From positions 71,263 to 135,262 of the forward strand of contig CAYMRJ010000001.1 in assembly GCA_964392865.1 (NCBI GenBank): 64,000 nucleotides of DNA, in the 5' to 3' direction. Made by a program: the position numbers and the translations under genes. Positions 37,812 through 47,342 of the stretch are shown one piece after another. The notes beneath the pieces were generated by a model, which saw only the letters and a program-made list of their open reading frames with translations, did no database searches and was not told the origin of the DNA. Position 1 is the first letter of the stretch, and each line of letters opens with the position of its first letter. The DNA is from an uncultured Staphylococcaceae bacterium (GTDB taxonomy: Bacteria > Bacillota_I > Bacilli_A > RFN20 > CAG-826).

Positions 37812-38492
37812 TTAATCCTCGGACAAAATTTGAAGGGCTTTGGCGGCCAGTAGCATCCCGCCGGAAGTCGGGACCGGCATCGCCGAGGCGATGACGTCTT
37901 TTCCCTTGACGGGCTCTTCGGTCGAAATGACGCACTCGATTCCTTTCAGTTCTATCCCTTCTTTCCTAAGGGTTTGCCTGAGTCTCCTCGCCAAGGGATC
38001 GCCTTCGCTTTTGTGAAGCTGCACGTACTTTAGTTTGCTCGGGTCTTTCCTGTGCCCCATCCCCAAACTTACTAGAACGGGGATTCCTCTTTTCTTGGCT
38101 TCCTTGATGATGGCGACCTTGGCTTTCAGGTCATCCACGCAGTCGATGAAAAGATCGGAAGCAGGGACCTGAGCGACGGACTCCTCATCGATTTTCAAAG
38201 GTTCAGCAATGACTTCAGAAGACGGTCTAATAGACTTGGCCAAGGCCAGGGCAGCATCGGTTTTCTTTTTCCCAATCATTCCGATATCAGAAAGCCTTTG
38301 GCGGTTCAGATTGCTCTCTTCGAAGGTGTCGAAATCGTAGACGAAGAGATGGCCGATTCCGGCCCTTAGAAGCGCCTCGTAGCAGGCGCCGCCAACCCCG
38401 CCCAAACCGAATACGGAAACGCGGGATCCGATAAACTTCTGCACGGATTTTTCCCCGTAAAGGGCGCTTGTCCTTTCGAAAAACCCTTCCAT
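37812..38492 (-). CDS. tcdA: ThiF/MoeB-type E1-like enzyme, probable tRNA threonylcarbamoyladenosine dehydratase (TcdA-like); start chosen at MEGFFERT
   Basis: Rossmann GLGGVGG motif; about 226 aa; clustered with miaA/miaB. Confidence 0.65.
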   Translation of the reverse strand: MEGFFERTSALYGEKSVQKFIGSRVSVFGLGGVGGACYEALLRAGIGHLFVYDFDTFEESNLNRQRLSDIGMIGKKKTDAALALAKSIRPSSEVIAEPLKIDEESVAQVPASDLFIDCVDDLKAKVAIIKEAKKRGIPVLVSLGMGHRKDPSKLKYVQLHKSEGDPLARRLRQTLRKEGIELKGIECVISTEEPVKGKDVIASAMPVPTSGGMLLAAKALQILSED

Positions 38493-38496
38493 TTCC

Positions 38497-39327
38497 TTAT
38501 CCTTCCTTCGGGAATTGGTGGCGGAGGAAAGTGAGCTGCCGCTTGGCATAGTTCCTCGTCGCCTTCTTCATCATATCCTTGGCTTCGTCCAAAGTGCGGC
38601 TGCCATTAAGGTAACCGGCGATTTCCTTGATTCCGATGGCTCTGGCGGCCGGGACATCAAAGCCGTACTTGTCGATGAAGGCTTTGACTTCATCGACCGC
38701 CCCCTCTTCGAACATCCTATCCACCCTCTTATCGATGGCGGCATAGAGTTCTTCCCTATCGGGTTCCACCCGAATGAATTCTGTATTCGGGTAATAAGGC
38801 TTCGACATATCGGCCTTCTCGATCTTGCTCATCGGGTGGCCCGATAAAGCCAAGATCAAGGCTCTCGTGATCCTCACGCGGTTATGGGGATGGATGGCCG
38901 CCGCCGTTTCGGGGTCGAGTTCGTTCAAGAGGTCGTATAGGTTTTCGGTGCTCTCCGATTCGTCGATCGAAGCCTTTTCGAAATCCTCGAAGCGGTAATC
39001 ATAGAGGGCCGCTCTCACGTAAAGCAAAGTGCCACCGACGAGGATGGGGGTCTTGCCTTGGGCATGGACTTCATCGATGGCCTTGCGGCAGGCAGCCTGG
39101 TAATCGGCGACCGAGTAATAAACGTTCGGCTCCAGGAAACCATAAAGAAGGTGCGGGACTTCCTCTTTGTCTTTTGAACTTGGAGCGGCAGTTATGACCT
39201 CGAGTCCTTTATAGGCCTGGAAGGCATCGGCCCCGATGATGACGCCATCGATTTCTTTGGCCAGTTCGATGGCCTTCCGGCTTTTGCCAGAGGCCGTCGG
39301 GCCGATGATGGCGATGACCTTATCCAT
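38497..39327 (-). CDS. miaA: tRNA dimethylallyltransferase
   Basis: P-loop GPTASGKS; 276 aa. Confidence 0.9.
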   Translation of the reverse strand: MDKVIAIIGPTASGKSRKAIELAKEIDGVIIGADAFQAYKGLEVITAAPSSKDKEEVPHLLYGFLEPNVYYSVADYQAACRKAIDEVHAQGKTPILVGGTLLYVRAALYDYRFEDFEKASIDESESTENLYDLLNELDPETAAAIHPHNRVRITRALILALSGHPMSKIEKADMSKPYYPNTEFIRVEPDREELYAAIDKRVDRMFEEGAVDEVKAFIDKYGFDVPAARAIGIKEIAGYLNGSRTLDEAKDMMKKATRNYAKRQLTFLRHQFPKEG

Positions 39328-41056
39328 TGAGAATGGCCTCGGCTTCGCTAAGCAAACCCATCACCTCGTCCTTGTAGGCTTCCCTATTGGCGAAGCGCGG
39401 ATCTTCTTCTATCGCCTCTAGAAGCGAGAGGTATTCTTCCTTGGCTTTGGAGTGGGCATTATCAGACGTAGCCAAGGACATCGACTGCTTGAGGCTGGCC
39501 AGCTTAGCGACCTTCTTCCGGAAATCGAGATCGTCCCGGAGCATATCGTTGTAGCGGAGGAATTCTTCGGCGGCCGGATCCCTCTTGAGGAGGTCGGCGC
39601 AGTAGCGGGCCTTATAGAGGATCGGATCGCCGACCAATTCGCCGATTAACGAATAGGTATGCGATTCCTTGATATGGACTTTGACAAGGCAGCCCCTTAG
39701 GTAGGACGGCCCTTCGAAATGGATGAGCTTGTTTTCCCTCGTGTAGCCGGAAAGCATGCCGGAATCCTTCTTCGACTCCCCGTCGACCAAGACTTCGACT
39801 TCCTGTCCTACTAGTTTGGCCGAGCTAGCCTCGACAGATTTATCGACGACTTTGAGGAGGCGGAGGAAGCGCTCCTTCTTCATATCGTCGGGGATCTGTT
39901 CTTTCTTCGCAGCCGGTGTCCCTTCCCGCGGGGAATAGATGAAGGTGAAGGCTCCGTCGAAGCCGACTTCTTCGACGACCTCGAGAGTCTCTTGGAAATC
40001 TTCCTCTTCTTCTCCCGGGAAGCCGACGATGATGTCGGTGGTAATGTTAACGCCTGGAATCCTTTCCCTGATCTTCCCCGCCAAGGCCAGATACTCTTCC
40101 TTGGTGTAGCGGCGTCCCATATTGCGAAGGACTTTCGTCGACCCGCTTTGAAGGGGCAGATGGATGGACTTCATGATCGTCTCTTCTTCGGCGATCGCCT
40201 CGATCATCTCGTCGGTGAAGTTCCAAGGGTGGCTCGTCAGGAAACGGATACGGGGGATACCGATCTTGGCCGCTTCTTTAAGAAGCGTAGCGAAGTCCCC
40301 GGTCTCCAAGTCGTTGCCGTAGCTATTGACGTTTTGCCCTAGCAAGGTGATTTCCTGATAGCCGTCCAGATAGAGTTCCCGGCATTCCTTGAGGATATCC
40401 TCCATCTCGCGGCTTCTTTCCCTTCCCCGGGTATAGGGGACGATGCAGTAGGTGCAGAACTTGTCACACCCATAGGAAATGTCGACGAAGGCCTTGTAGG
40501 GGTCGCTTCTAGAAGCCGAAAGACCTTCTATTACATCTCCGGACGAAGAAACGACATCGAGGATCCTCGTCTTCTTTTCGAGGTGTTCGGACAAAAGGAG
40601 GGGGAGACTGGCGATATTGTGGGTCCCGAGGATGGCGCTTACTTGGCTGTACTTCCGGAGCAACGCTTCGCCCTTTTCCTCTTCCTGCATCATGCAGCCG
40701 GCCAAGATGAGGGCGAACTCGGGATTCTTCTTGGCGATGGCCTTGTACTTCCCTAATTCCCCGTAGACCTTGTCTTCGGCGTTTTCCCTGACGGCGCACG
40801 TATTGATGATGACGACGCTGGCCTCTTCGGGATTTTCTGTCGGGCGCATGCCCATGTCGGAAAGTAGGCCCGCCATCGTTTCGGAATCGCGGACATTCCC
40901 TTGGCAGCCGTAGGTCTTGATGTAGAAAAGCTTTCCTTCGTAGGCCTTGAGGTTTTCGGGATAGACGACCTGGCTATAATCGACCTTCCTTCCCTCGATC
41001 CTCTGCCGGGCTTTCTTGAAATCCGGCTTGCTTTTGATTTCAATCCGCCCCGACAT
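39320..41056 (-). CDS. miaB: tRNA-i6A37 methylthiotransferase MiaB fused to a C-terminal YmcA/RicA (UPF0342)-like domain
   Basis: TRAM/UPF0004 N-domain, radical-SAM CxxxCxxC (YGCDKFCTYCIVP), TRAM domain, then about 110-aa helical extension resembling YmcA/YlbF family; 578 aa versus about 450-510 for typical MiaB. Confidence 0.8.
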   Translation of the reverse strand: MSGRIEIKSKPDFKKARQRIEGRKVDYSQVVYPENLKAYEGKLFYIKTYGCQGNVRDSETMAGLLSDMGMRPTENPEEASVVIINTCAVRENAEDKVYGELGKYKAIAKKNPEFALILAGCMMQEEEKGEALLRKYSQVSAILGTHNIASLPLLLSEHLEKKTRILDVVSSSGDVIEGLSASRSDPYKAFVDISYGCDKFCTYCIVPYTRGRERSREMEDILKECRELYLDGYQEITLLGQNVNSYGNDLETGDFATLLKEAAKIGIPRIRFLTSHPWNFTDEMIEAIAEEETIMKSIHLPLQSGSTKVLRNMGRRYTKEEYLALAGKIRERIPGVNITTDIIVGFPGEEEEDFQETLEVVEEVGFDGAFTFIYSPREGTPAAKKEQIPDDMKKERFLRLLKVVDKSVEASSAKLVGQEVEVLVDGESKKDSGMLSGYTRENKLIHFEGPSYLRGCLVKVHIKESHTYSLIGELVGDPILYKARYCADLLKRDPAAEEFLRYNDMLRDDLDFRKKVAKLASLKQSMSLATSDNAHSKAKEEYLSLLEAIEEDPRFANREAYKDEVMGLLSEAEAILNG

Positions 41057-41822
41057 CGATTCGCTCCTTGAAGGTTTCTATGGAAACCGGGAAACGGCTT
41101 CCTTCCGCAAACTCAATTATCGCCCCGGTCGAGATGTATCGGCCACTTCCGGCAAGGGAAATGCGGCCTTCTTTATTGACGAAGCGCTCGACCGCCGATT
41201 TCGGATCGAAACCGATGACTCCGCCCTCGAAAGAAGTGGATCCGGCATCGGTCAAAAAAGCCGTCCCGTTTTCCAAAATGAGGGCATCGTCGGTCAGGAC
41301 GTGCGTATGAGTGCCGAGGACGGCGCTTACCCGCCCGTCGACATAATGGGCGAAGATGGCCTTCTCGGCCGTCGACTCGGCGTGGAAGTCGACGATATGG
41401 ATGTCCGAGGCATCTTCCTTAAGAAGATTGTCTATCGCCTCGAAAGGGCAGGCGGCCGCTTCCTTGATGAAGGCCCTACCCAAAACGGAAGTAACCCTAA
41501 TCTTCTTCCCTTGGACTTCGTAGACATTGCTGCCAAGCCCCGGATAGTCGACGTTCAAAGGACGGATGAGGCGATTGGCCGATTTGATGAAGTCCTTGGT
41601 CTGATGCTTCCCGGCGTAGTGGTTCCCAAGCGTCACGCAGTCGACGCCCAGATTCTTGAGCGACTTGAAGTCCTTCGGCAAAAGGCCTTTTCCCTTGGAG
41701 ATGTTTTCGCCGTTTGCGATGACGAAGTCGGCCTTCGTCTTTTCCCTTATAGACGGCAAAAGGAGAGACAGGGCCTTGAGCCCCATCTCCCCGACGACGT
41801 CTCCGAAGAAAAGTATCCGCAA
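41040..41822 (-). CDS. ymdB: YmdB-type metallophosphoesterase (2',3'-cyclic nucleotide phosphodiesterase, TIGR00282)
   Basis: MRILFFGDVVG...GNH motifs; 260 aa; directly downstream of rny as in B. subtilis. Confidence 0.85.
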   Translation of the reverse strand: MRILFFGDVVGEMGLKALSLLLPSIREKTKADFVIANGENISKGKGLLPKDFKSLKNLGVDCVTLGNHYAGKHQTKDFIKSANRLIRPLNVDYPGLGSNVYEVQGKKIRVTSVLGRAFIKEAAACPFEAIDNLLKEDASDIHIVDFHAESTAEKAIFAHYVDGRVSAVLGTHTHVLTDDALILENGTAFLTDAGSTSFEGGVIGFDPKSAVERFVNKEGRISLAGSGRYISTGAIIEFAEGSRFPVSIETFKERIDVGAD

Positions 41823-41826
41823 GGCT

Positions 41827-43437
41827 TTACTTGGCCGTATCGCTGGCCCGGTATTCGCGGATGACGTTGACCTTGATCTGGCCCGGGTACGTCATGGTCT
41901 GTTCGATCTGCTCGCGGATCTGCTGGGCCATCAAAGCGGCCTTGGCATCGTCGACCCGGTCGGGCATGACCATGACCCTGATCTCGCGGCCCGACTGCAT
42001 GGCATAGGCCTGGGCAACGCCATCGTAGTTCTTGGCCAGATTCTCGAGGGCCTCGATCCTCTTGATGTAGGTCTCGACCGTTTCGCTCCTGGCGCCCGGA
42101 CGGGCGGCGGAAAGGGTATCGGCGGCCGCGACCAAATTGGAAATGACGTAGCGCGCTTCCTTATCGCCGTGGTGGCTTTCGATGGCGTTGATGACGACTT
42201 CCGGCTCGCCGTACTTCTTGGCCAGTTCGGCCCCGAGCTCGACGTGGCTGCCTTCGCGTTCGAAGTCGACGGCCTTGCCGATGTCGTGGAGGAAGCCGGC
42301 CCGCTTCGCGAGGTTCTCGTCAAGGCCGAGTTCCCCGGCCATGATGCCAGCGAGGTAGGCGACTTCCATCGAATGGTCGAGGGCGTTTTGCCCATAGGAA
42401 GTGCGGTATTTCAGGCGCCCGGCATAGCCCAATAGCTCTTTGTTGATGTTCGGAAGACCGAGTTTGAAAGCGGCCGATTCGCCGGCTTTCTGCGTGGTTT
42501 CCGCCACCTCTTTCTTGCATTTTGCGGCGATTTCCTCGATACGTCCCGGCTGGATGCGGCCGTCCTTGATGAGATATTCGAGGGCACGCTTCGCCACTTC
42601 CCTCCTGATGGGATCGAAGCAGCTGACGGTGATGGCTTCGGGCGTATCGTCGATGATGAGATCGACGCCCAAGGAAGATTCGAGGGCCCTGATATTGCGG
42701 CCTTCGCGGCCGATGATGCGGCCCTTTAGTTCGTCGGTCGGAAGGGCAACGACAGAGACGTTCCTCTCAGTCGTGACGTCCTGGGCGTATTTCTGGCAAG
42801 CCAGGGAGAGGAGGTCGATGGCCTTGGCCTGGGCCGTTTCCCTAGCTTCGTCCTCGGCATTCTTGATGTAGGCCGCGATTTCGGTCGACATCTTGCTTTT
42901 GACCCTGTCCATGATTTCGTCATGGGCTTCCTTGACGGTCAGGCCGCTGACTTTTTCGAGTTCGACGATGATGGAATCGATCTTTTCTTCGAGTTCGGCG
43001 GACTTGCGGTCATTGGCCTCGATCTTGCGGTCGAGGAGTTCGTTCTTCTCGTGGAGGGCGTTTTCCTTGGCCCTGATGCTCGATTCCCTCTGGTCCAGGG
43101 ACTGCTCCCTGAGATGGACCTTATTGGCCTCGTTTTGGACCTCGGCCTTCATGCTCCGGATCTCGTTTTCGGCCTTTTGCTTCGCGTCGAACATCATCTG
43201 GCGGGCATCGATCTCGGCGTTCTTCTTCTTCTGTTCGGCCTTGATCTCGGCTTCGTGGATGATGGCGTCGGCGCTTTTGGAAGCCTTCCGCTTCTTGCTA
43301 TCGGGAAGGACGTAAAGAAGGATGAAAACGATGGTGGCGCCGATCAAAAGGGCAGCGATGCCGACGATCAAAGAGAGCCACCAAGGGGCCATCGTCACTC
43401 CGTTGGTCCCGGGTTCGAATATGGTACTCAAAATCAT
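41827..43437 (-). CDS. rny: Ribonuclease Y
   Basis: N-terminal TM, coiled-coil, KH domain, HD domain (HDIGK); 536 aa. Confidence 0.9.
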   Translation of the reverse strand: MILSTIFEPGTNGVTMAPWWLSLIVGIAALLIGATIVFILLYVLPDSKKRKASKSADAIIHEAEIKAEQKKKNAEIDARQMMFDAKQKAENEIRSMKAEVQNEANKVHLREQSLDQRESSIRAKENALHEKNELLDRKIEANDRKSAELEEKIDSIIVELEKVSGLTVKEAHDEIMDRVKSKMSTEIAAYIKNAEDEARETAQAKAIDLLSLACQKYAQDVTTERNVSVVALPTDELKGRIIGREGRNIRALESSLGVDLIIDDTPEAITVSCFDPIRREVAKRALEYLIKDGRIQPGRIEEIAAKCKKEVAETTQKAGESAAFKLGLPNINKELLGYAGRLKYRTSYGQNALDHSMEVAYLAGIMAGELGLDENLAKRAGFLHDIGKAVDFEREGSHVELGAELAKKYGEPEVVINAIESHHGDKEARYVISNLVAAADTLSAARPGARSETVETYIKRIEALENLAKNYDGVAQAYAMQSGREIRVMVMPDRVDDAKAALMAQQIREQIEQTMTYPGQIKVNVIREYRASDTAK

Positions 43438-43569
43438 AAAAGGACTCCTGCTTCCCCGAAAAAGGGTCCCCTTTCCGAATCTCTATCTGAAGCCCCTATT
43501 GGGGCGGTAGAACAATGTGACGAGGTTCCTTTTTCCGGAACGGCCATATTCTAACAGATATGCAAGAGG

Positions 43570-43600
43570 TTGTGGGAAAAGGAAAGCGGGCCTACTTGGC
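43570..43600 (-). terminator. Intrinsic terminator after recA
   Basis: Minus strand AAGCGGGCC-AAGTA-GGCCCGCTT then TCCTTTT. Confidence 0.55.
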
Positions 43601-43625
43601 CCGCTTCCCCACACAAAAGGAGACT

Positions 43626-44612
43626 TTACTCTTCGCTTAGCTTTTCTTTGACGGCAGCAGCGATTTCCTCGCGCTCCGCATCATGGCTTTCGAGATAGGT
43701 CTTGGCGGCTTCTTTACCGTTTCCGATCTTCTCGCCGTTATATTGGTACCAAGAGCCGGTCTTGGAGAGGATCCCGAATTGGACCCCGAGCTCCAAGAGT
43801 TCCCCGGTGGCCGAGATGCCTTTCCCGTAGATGATTTCGAGTTCGCAGCTTTTGAAAGGCGGGGCGACCTTGTTCTTCACCACCTTGACCCTCACGGTAT
43901 TGCCGATGATCTCGGAGCCGTTCTTGATGGCTTCGGCCCGCCTGATGTCGAGGCGGAGGGTGGCGTAAAACTTAAGGGCCCTTCCGCCGGTCGTCGTTTC
44001 GGGGTTCCCGTAGACGACGCCGACCTTTTCGCGGAGCTGGTTGATGAAGATGACGACGCAGTTGGTCTTGTCGAGGATGCCGGCGAGCTTGCGCATGGCT
44101 TTGCTCATAAGGCGGGCCTGGAGGCCGACTTGGTTGTCGGACATGACGCCGTCTAGTTCGGCTTGGGGCACGAGGGCGGCGACGGAGTCGACGACGATTA
44201 GATCGATGGCGCCGCTAGCGGCCAGCATCTGGACGATTTCGAGAGCCTGTTCCCCGCTATCTGGCTGGGCGAGCACGAGTTCGTCGGTATTGACGCCGAG
44301 ATTGGCGGCGTAGGCCGGATCGATGGAGTGCTCGGCATCGATGTAGGCGCTCCGGCCCCCTTTCTTCTGGCATTCGGCGACGGCGTGGAGGGCGAGCGTG
44401 GTCTTGCCGCTCGATTCCGGACCGTAGATTTCGATGATGCGGCCGCGGGGATACCCGGCGCAGCCGATGGCCTGGTCGAGGAGGAGGGAGCCAGTCGGGA
44501 TGGCATCGACGCTTACGTGGGGATGGTCGCCGAGCTTCATGACGGCGCCCTTGCCGTAGGCCTTCTCGATCGACTTGAGGGCTTCTTCCAATGCTCTTTC
44601 TTTGTCTTCCAT
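43626..44612 (-). CDS. recA: Recombinase RecA
   Basis: Walker [10 protein letters not shown]; L1/L2 loops; 328 aa. Confidence 0.95.
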   Translation of the reverse strand: MEDKERALEEALKSIEKAYGKGAVMKLGDHPHVSVDAIPTGSLLLDQAIGCAGYPRGRIIEIYGPESSGKTTLALHAVAECQKKGGRSAYIDAEHSIDPAYAANLGVNTDELVLAQPDSGEQALEIVQMLAASGAIDLIVVDSVAALVPQAELDGVMSDNQVGLQARLMSKAMRKLAGILDKTNCVVIFINQLREKVGVVYGNPETTTGGRALKFYATLRLDIRRAEAIKNGSEIIGNTVRVKVVKNKVAPPFKSCELEIIYGKGISATGELLELGVQFGILSKTGSWYQYNGEKIGNGKEAAKTYLESHDAEREEIAAAVKEKLSEE

Positions 44613-44650
44613 GTTTTACCTCTCTGGGGTCTTCCCTTATTTATGTAGGG

Positions 44651-45136
44651 CTAAAACTGGCCGATGGTCCCTTTTTCGAGCATTTCGATGAGATATTCCG
44701 CTGCCATATTGGCGGCTTTTTCCCGGATGGCGTTCCTTTCCCCATCAAAGATGGGGTGGAGGACAATGTTCTGCTTGGCGGTCGCGATGCAGATGAAAGC
44801 CTCGCCGACCTTGGCATTTCCCTTGTCGGCGGTCGGCCCGGCATTCCCGGTGAAGGAAACGCAGACGTCGACCCCGAGGATCTTCTTCCCGTTCACGGCC
44901 ATCTCGATGGCGGTCTGCTGGCTGACCGGCCCGTAGGTGCGGAGGGTCAAGGGCTTGACGCCGAGGACGGCTTCCTTGACTTCGCCGCCATAGGAAACGA
45001 CGGAGCCTTTGAAGACGGCCGAGGCGCCCGGCACTTCGCCGATCTTGGAGGCGAAAAGGCCGCAGGTGAAGGATTCGGCGGCCCCGAGGGTGAGGCCCCG
45101 ATCCCTGAGTTCTGAAATGAGTTTGGCGAAATCCAT
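44651..45136 (-). CDS. cinA: CinA C-terminal domain protein (PncC-type NMN deamidase domain)
   Basis: 161 aa matching CinA_C (GAAESFTCGLFASKIGEVPGAS...); pgsA-cinA-recA order as in B. subtilis. Confidence 0.8.
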   Translation of the reverse strand: MDFAKLISELRDRGLTLGAAESFTCGLFASKIGEVPGASAVFKGSVVSYGGEVKEAVLGVKPLTLRTYGPVSQQTAIEMAVNGKKILGVDVCVSFTGNAGPTADKGNAKVGEAFICIATAKQNIVLHPIFDGERNAIREKAANMAAEYLIEMLEKGTIGQF

Positions 45137-45139
45137 AGG

Positions 45140-45778
45140 TTAATCTTCTTCCTTGAAGACGAAGCGGTTCTGGTACACGTAGATGATACCGCTAAGCAAA
45201 CTCGCGAGCGTAGCGAGATACACGAAGACGAGGGCGATCCTCCCATAGCCCCAGCCGGCATCGAAGTAGGTGAAGGGCCAGCCGTTAAGGAGCACTAAGG
45301 GGATGGCGACCATCTGGGCGACGGTCTTGACCTTGCCAAACATGTTGGCGGCGAGGATCTTCCCTTTCGAGGCAGCAAGCTGCCTAAGGCCATCGACCAC
45401 GAGGTCGCGGGCGATCATGATGACGACGCAGAAGGCGGGGATCGATAAAGAGCCTTCGCTATAGGACCATTCGAAGCAAAGGAAGATCAGGAGGCTATCG
45501 ACCAAAAGCTTATCGGCGATGGGGTCGAGGAACTTGCCCATCGTCGAGACTTCGTTGTTCTTCCTGGCCAAGTAGCCATCGAGGAAATCGGTGAAACTGG
45601 CGATGATGAAGAAAACGGCGACGGCAAGCCTGATGGCGGTGACGCCGCTATTGCCGATGGCGATATCGCTTACGAGGCCTTGGGCCCCGAGTATTTCCAA
45701 GACCGCCAGGACGACGATCAGCAAAACGACGCATATGATGCGGGCAATGGTGATTTTCGTCGGCGTGGTGATCTTCAT
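45140..45778 (-). CDS. pgsA: CDP-diacylglycerol--glycerol-3-phosphate 3-phosphatidyltransferase
   Basis: CDP-alcohol phosphotransferase motif D...DG..AR....S..G...D...D; start chosen at MKITTPTKITIARI (longer ORF-track start lies inside rnpB). Confidence 0.85.
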   Translation of the reverse strand: MKITTPTKITIARIICVVLLIVVLAVLEILGAQGLVSDIAIGNSGVTAIRLAVAVFFIIASFTDFLDGYLARKNNEVSTMGKFLDPIADKLLVDSLLIFLCFEWSYSEGSLSIPAFCVVIMIARDLVVDGLRQLAASKGKILAANMFGKVKTVAQMVAIPLVLLNGWPFTYFDAGWGYGRIALVFVYLATLASLLSGIIYVYQNRFVFKEED

Positions 45779-45789
45779 GTTCAGTGAGT

Positions 45790-46115
45790 ATCCGGCCCTG
45801 TAAGCCATGTTCTGTCGAGGACGTAGATTAATCTCGGACTAGCCGGGAAGTTCGGCTTCGTTTCGCCTCCCTTCCTTCCCCTACCAAATTTGGGTTTCTC
45901 GCTTGCGGGGTTTGCCTCGTTTCATCTTGGCGTCGCCGCCAAGCTCGTCTCTGTGGTACCTTAGCGGCCTTGCTCCACTTGGGAGATCGGCCGGCCGTTA
46001 CGCGCTCCCGCGTACCCAGGCTTATCGCTTCGCCTGGCGCAATCACTACGGCCATCGCAGGCCGTGCGAGCATGGACTTTCCTCTGGTTTCCCAGCCTCC
46101 GTCCGGGCCGGATGT
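45790..46115 (-). ncRNA. rnpB: RNase P RNA (type B)
   Basis: Minus strand contains AGAGGAAAGTCCATGCTCGCACGG (P4 5' strand) and ACAGAACATGGCTTACAGGGCCGG near 3' end; P1 pairing CCGGCCC/GGGCCGG; immediately downstream of gpsB as in B. subtilis. Confidence 0.75.
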
Positions 46116-46118
46116 CGG

Positions 46119-46538
46119 TTATTTTACGATGCCCGAAGCGATTTCGTTCGGGTTATAGCCATGGGAGTAAAGGAATTCCTCGAGACTCCTTAGCCTTTTC
46201 AGGAGCTTCAGGTTCTCGGCCGTCGGGGCATCGCTTTTGCGGATCCCGCCGATCCGGTTTTCGAGGGAGGCGATCTTAACTTCGAGCTCGCGCTTCTCTT
46301 CCCTGATCTTATCGATATTCCTTATCAGCGTTTCCTTTTCGGCATTGAAGTTCCCGCTTTCGCTACTGAGATTGGCGATTTGGGTTTCGAGCCCGGCGAT
46401 TGTCGCCTCATAGGTCTGATAATCGGCGATTACCTTGTCCAGGAAGGTATCGACTTCGAAGGGATCGTAGCCTTTGACGTTCCGCGGAAACTTTTTCCTT
46501 AGGATGTCGTCCGGTGTGAAATTGACTTTTTTCTCCAT
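46119..46538 (-). CDS. gpsB: Cell-cycle protein GpsB (DivIVA domain)
   Basis: MEKKVNFTPDDILRKKFPRNVKGYDPFEVDTFLDKVIADYQ... aligns with B. subtilis GpsB incl. C-terminal LKRLRSLEEFLY; start at internal ATG 46536-46538. Confidence 0.8.
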   Translation of the reverse strand: MEKKVNFTPDDILRKKFPRNVKGYDPFEVDTFLDKVIADYQTYEATIAGLETQIANLSSESGNFNAEKETLIRNIDKIREEKRELEVKIASLENRIGGIRKSDAPTAENLKLLKRLRSLEEFLYSHGYNPNEIASGIVK

Positions 46539-46616
46539 GGGCCGGCTTCGATTATATCGAAGAAAAAGGAAGCCCATCCATAGGAAAGTGGATGGCGTTG
46601 CGCTAAACTTGCGGGG

Positions 46617-47342
46617 ATGAGAGCACTGGTCAAAGCGACGCGTGGATTCCGTCACGCGGTTTTCATCGATCTCGAAGCGACGCAGAGGGAAGCCGACATC
46701 ATCCAGATCGGTGCCATCAAAGCAGATTTGGACAAACAGGGTCTCATTTCCTCCATCAAAGAAGGCTTCGAAATCAACATCCGCCCGTCCCACAAGGTCG
46801 GAGGATACGTCCGGAATCTCACCGGAATCACCGATGAAATGCTGGCCAAATGCGGGGTTCCGTTCGCCGAAGCCTTGGAAAAATTAAAGTCCTATATCGG
46901 AGGCGATGCCGGAAAGTCCGTCTTCATCGCCTTCGGCAATAACGATGCGAGGATCCTGGACCAAAGCTTGACGTTCCATCCGGACGCCGATGCCCATTAC
47001 GTCCATTTGATGAAGAAGAACTATTTGGACTTCTCTGCTTTCCTCGGACGCTACATCCATGACGAGCGCGGGAACCCTTATAGCCTTTCCAATGCTTTGA
47101 AGATCTTCAATGTCCCTTTCCCGGGGAACGCCCATGACGGGCTGAACGACGCCAAAGCCTTGGTCGCCCTCTATGACGCCTTTTCCAAGAACCCGCCCGT
47201 CCTTCTGACTGAGTACCGGAAATCGATCTCCAAGTCCCACCATCTTCCCGAAGCCATCCGCCGCCTCCTTTCGAAACTCGAGGAAAACGGAAGCGTCGAC
47301 CTCGATGATTACATTGAGGCTCTGAAGGAAAGCCTTGAATGA
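46617..47342 (+). CDS. DEDDh-family 3'-5' exonuclease domain protein
   Basis: Exo I FIDLEAT, Exo III HDGLNDAKA motifs; 241 aa. Confidence 0.65.
   Translation: MRALVKATRGFRHAVFIDLEATQREADIIQIGAIKADLDKQGLISSIKEGFEINIRPSHKVGGYVRNLTGITDEMLAKCGVPFAEALEKLKSYIGGDAGKSVFIAFGNNDARILDQSLTFHPDADAHYVHLMKKNYLDFSAFLGRYIHDERGNPYSLSNALKIFNVPFPGNAHDGLNDAKALVALYDAFSKNPPVLLTEYRKSISKSHHLPEAIRRLLSKLEENGSVDLDDYIEALKESLE

Noticed and set aside
44613-44650. Looked for a LexA/Cheo box (CGAACN4GTTCG) upstream of recA
   Set aside because: No GAAC-N4-GTTC element in the 38-nt cinA-recA gap or in the cinA leader. recA is probably co-transcribed with cinA, and no lexA gene is in the window.
45828-46279. ORFs 45828-46073(-), 45903-46193(+), 45970-46158(+), 46064-46279(+) over the gpsB-pgsA gap
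   Set aside because: The region is RNase P RNA (conserved P4 and 3' blocks), and the ORFs lack RBSs.
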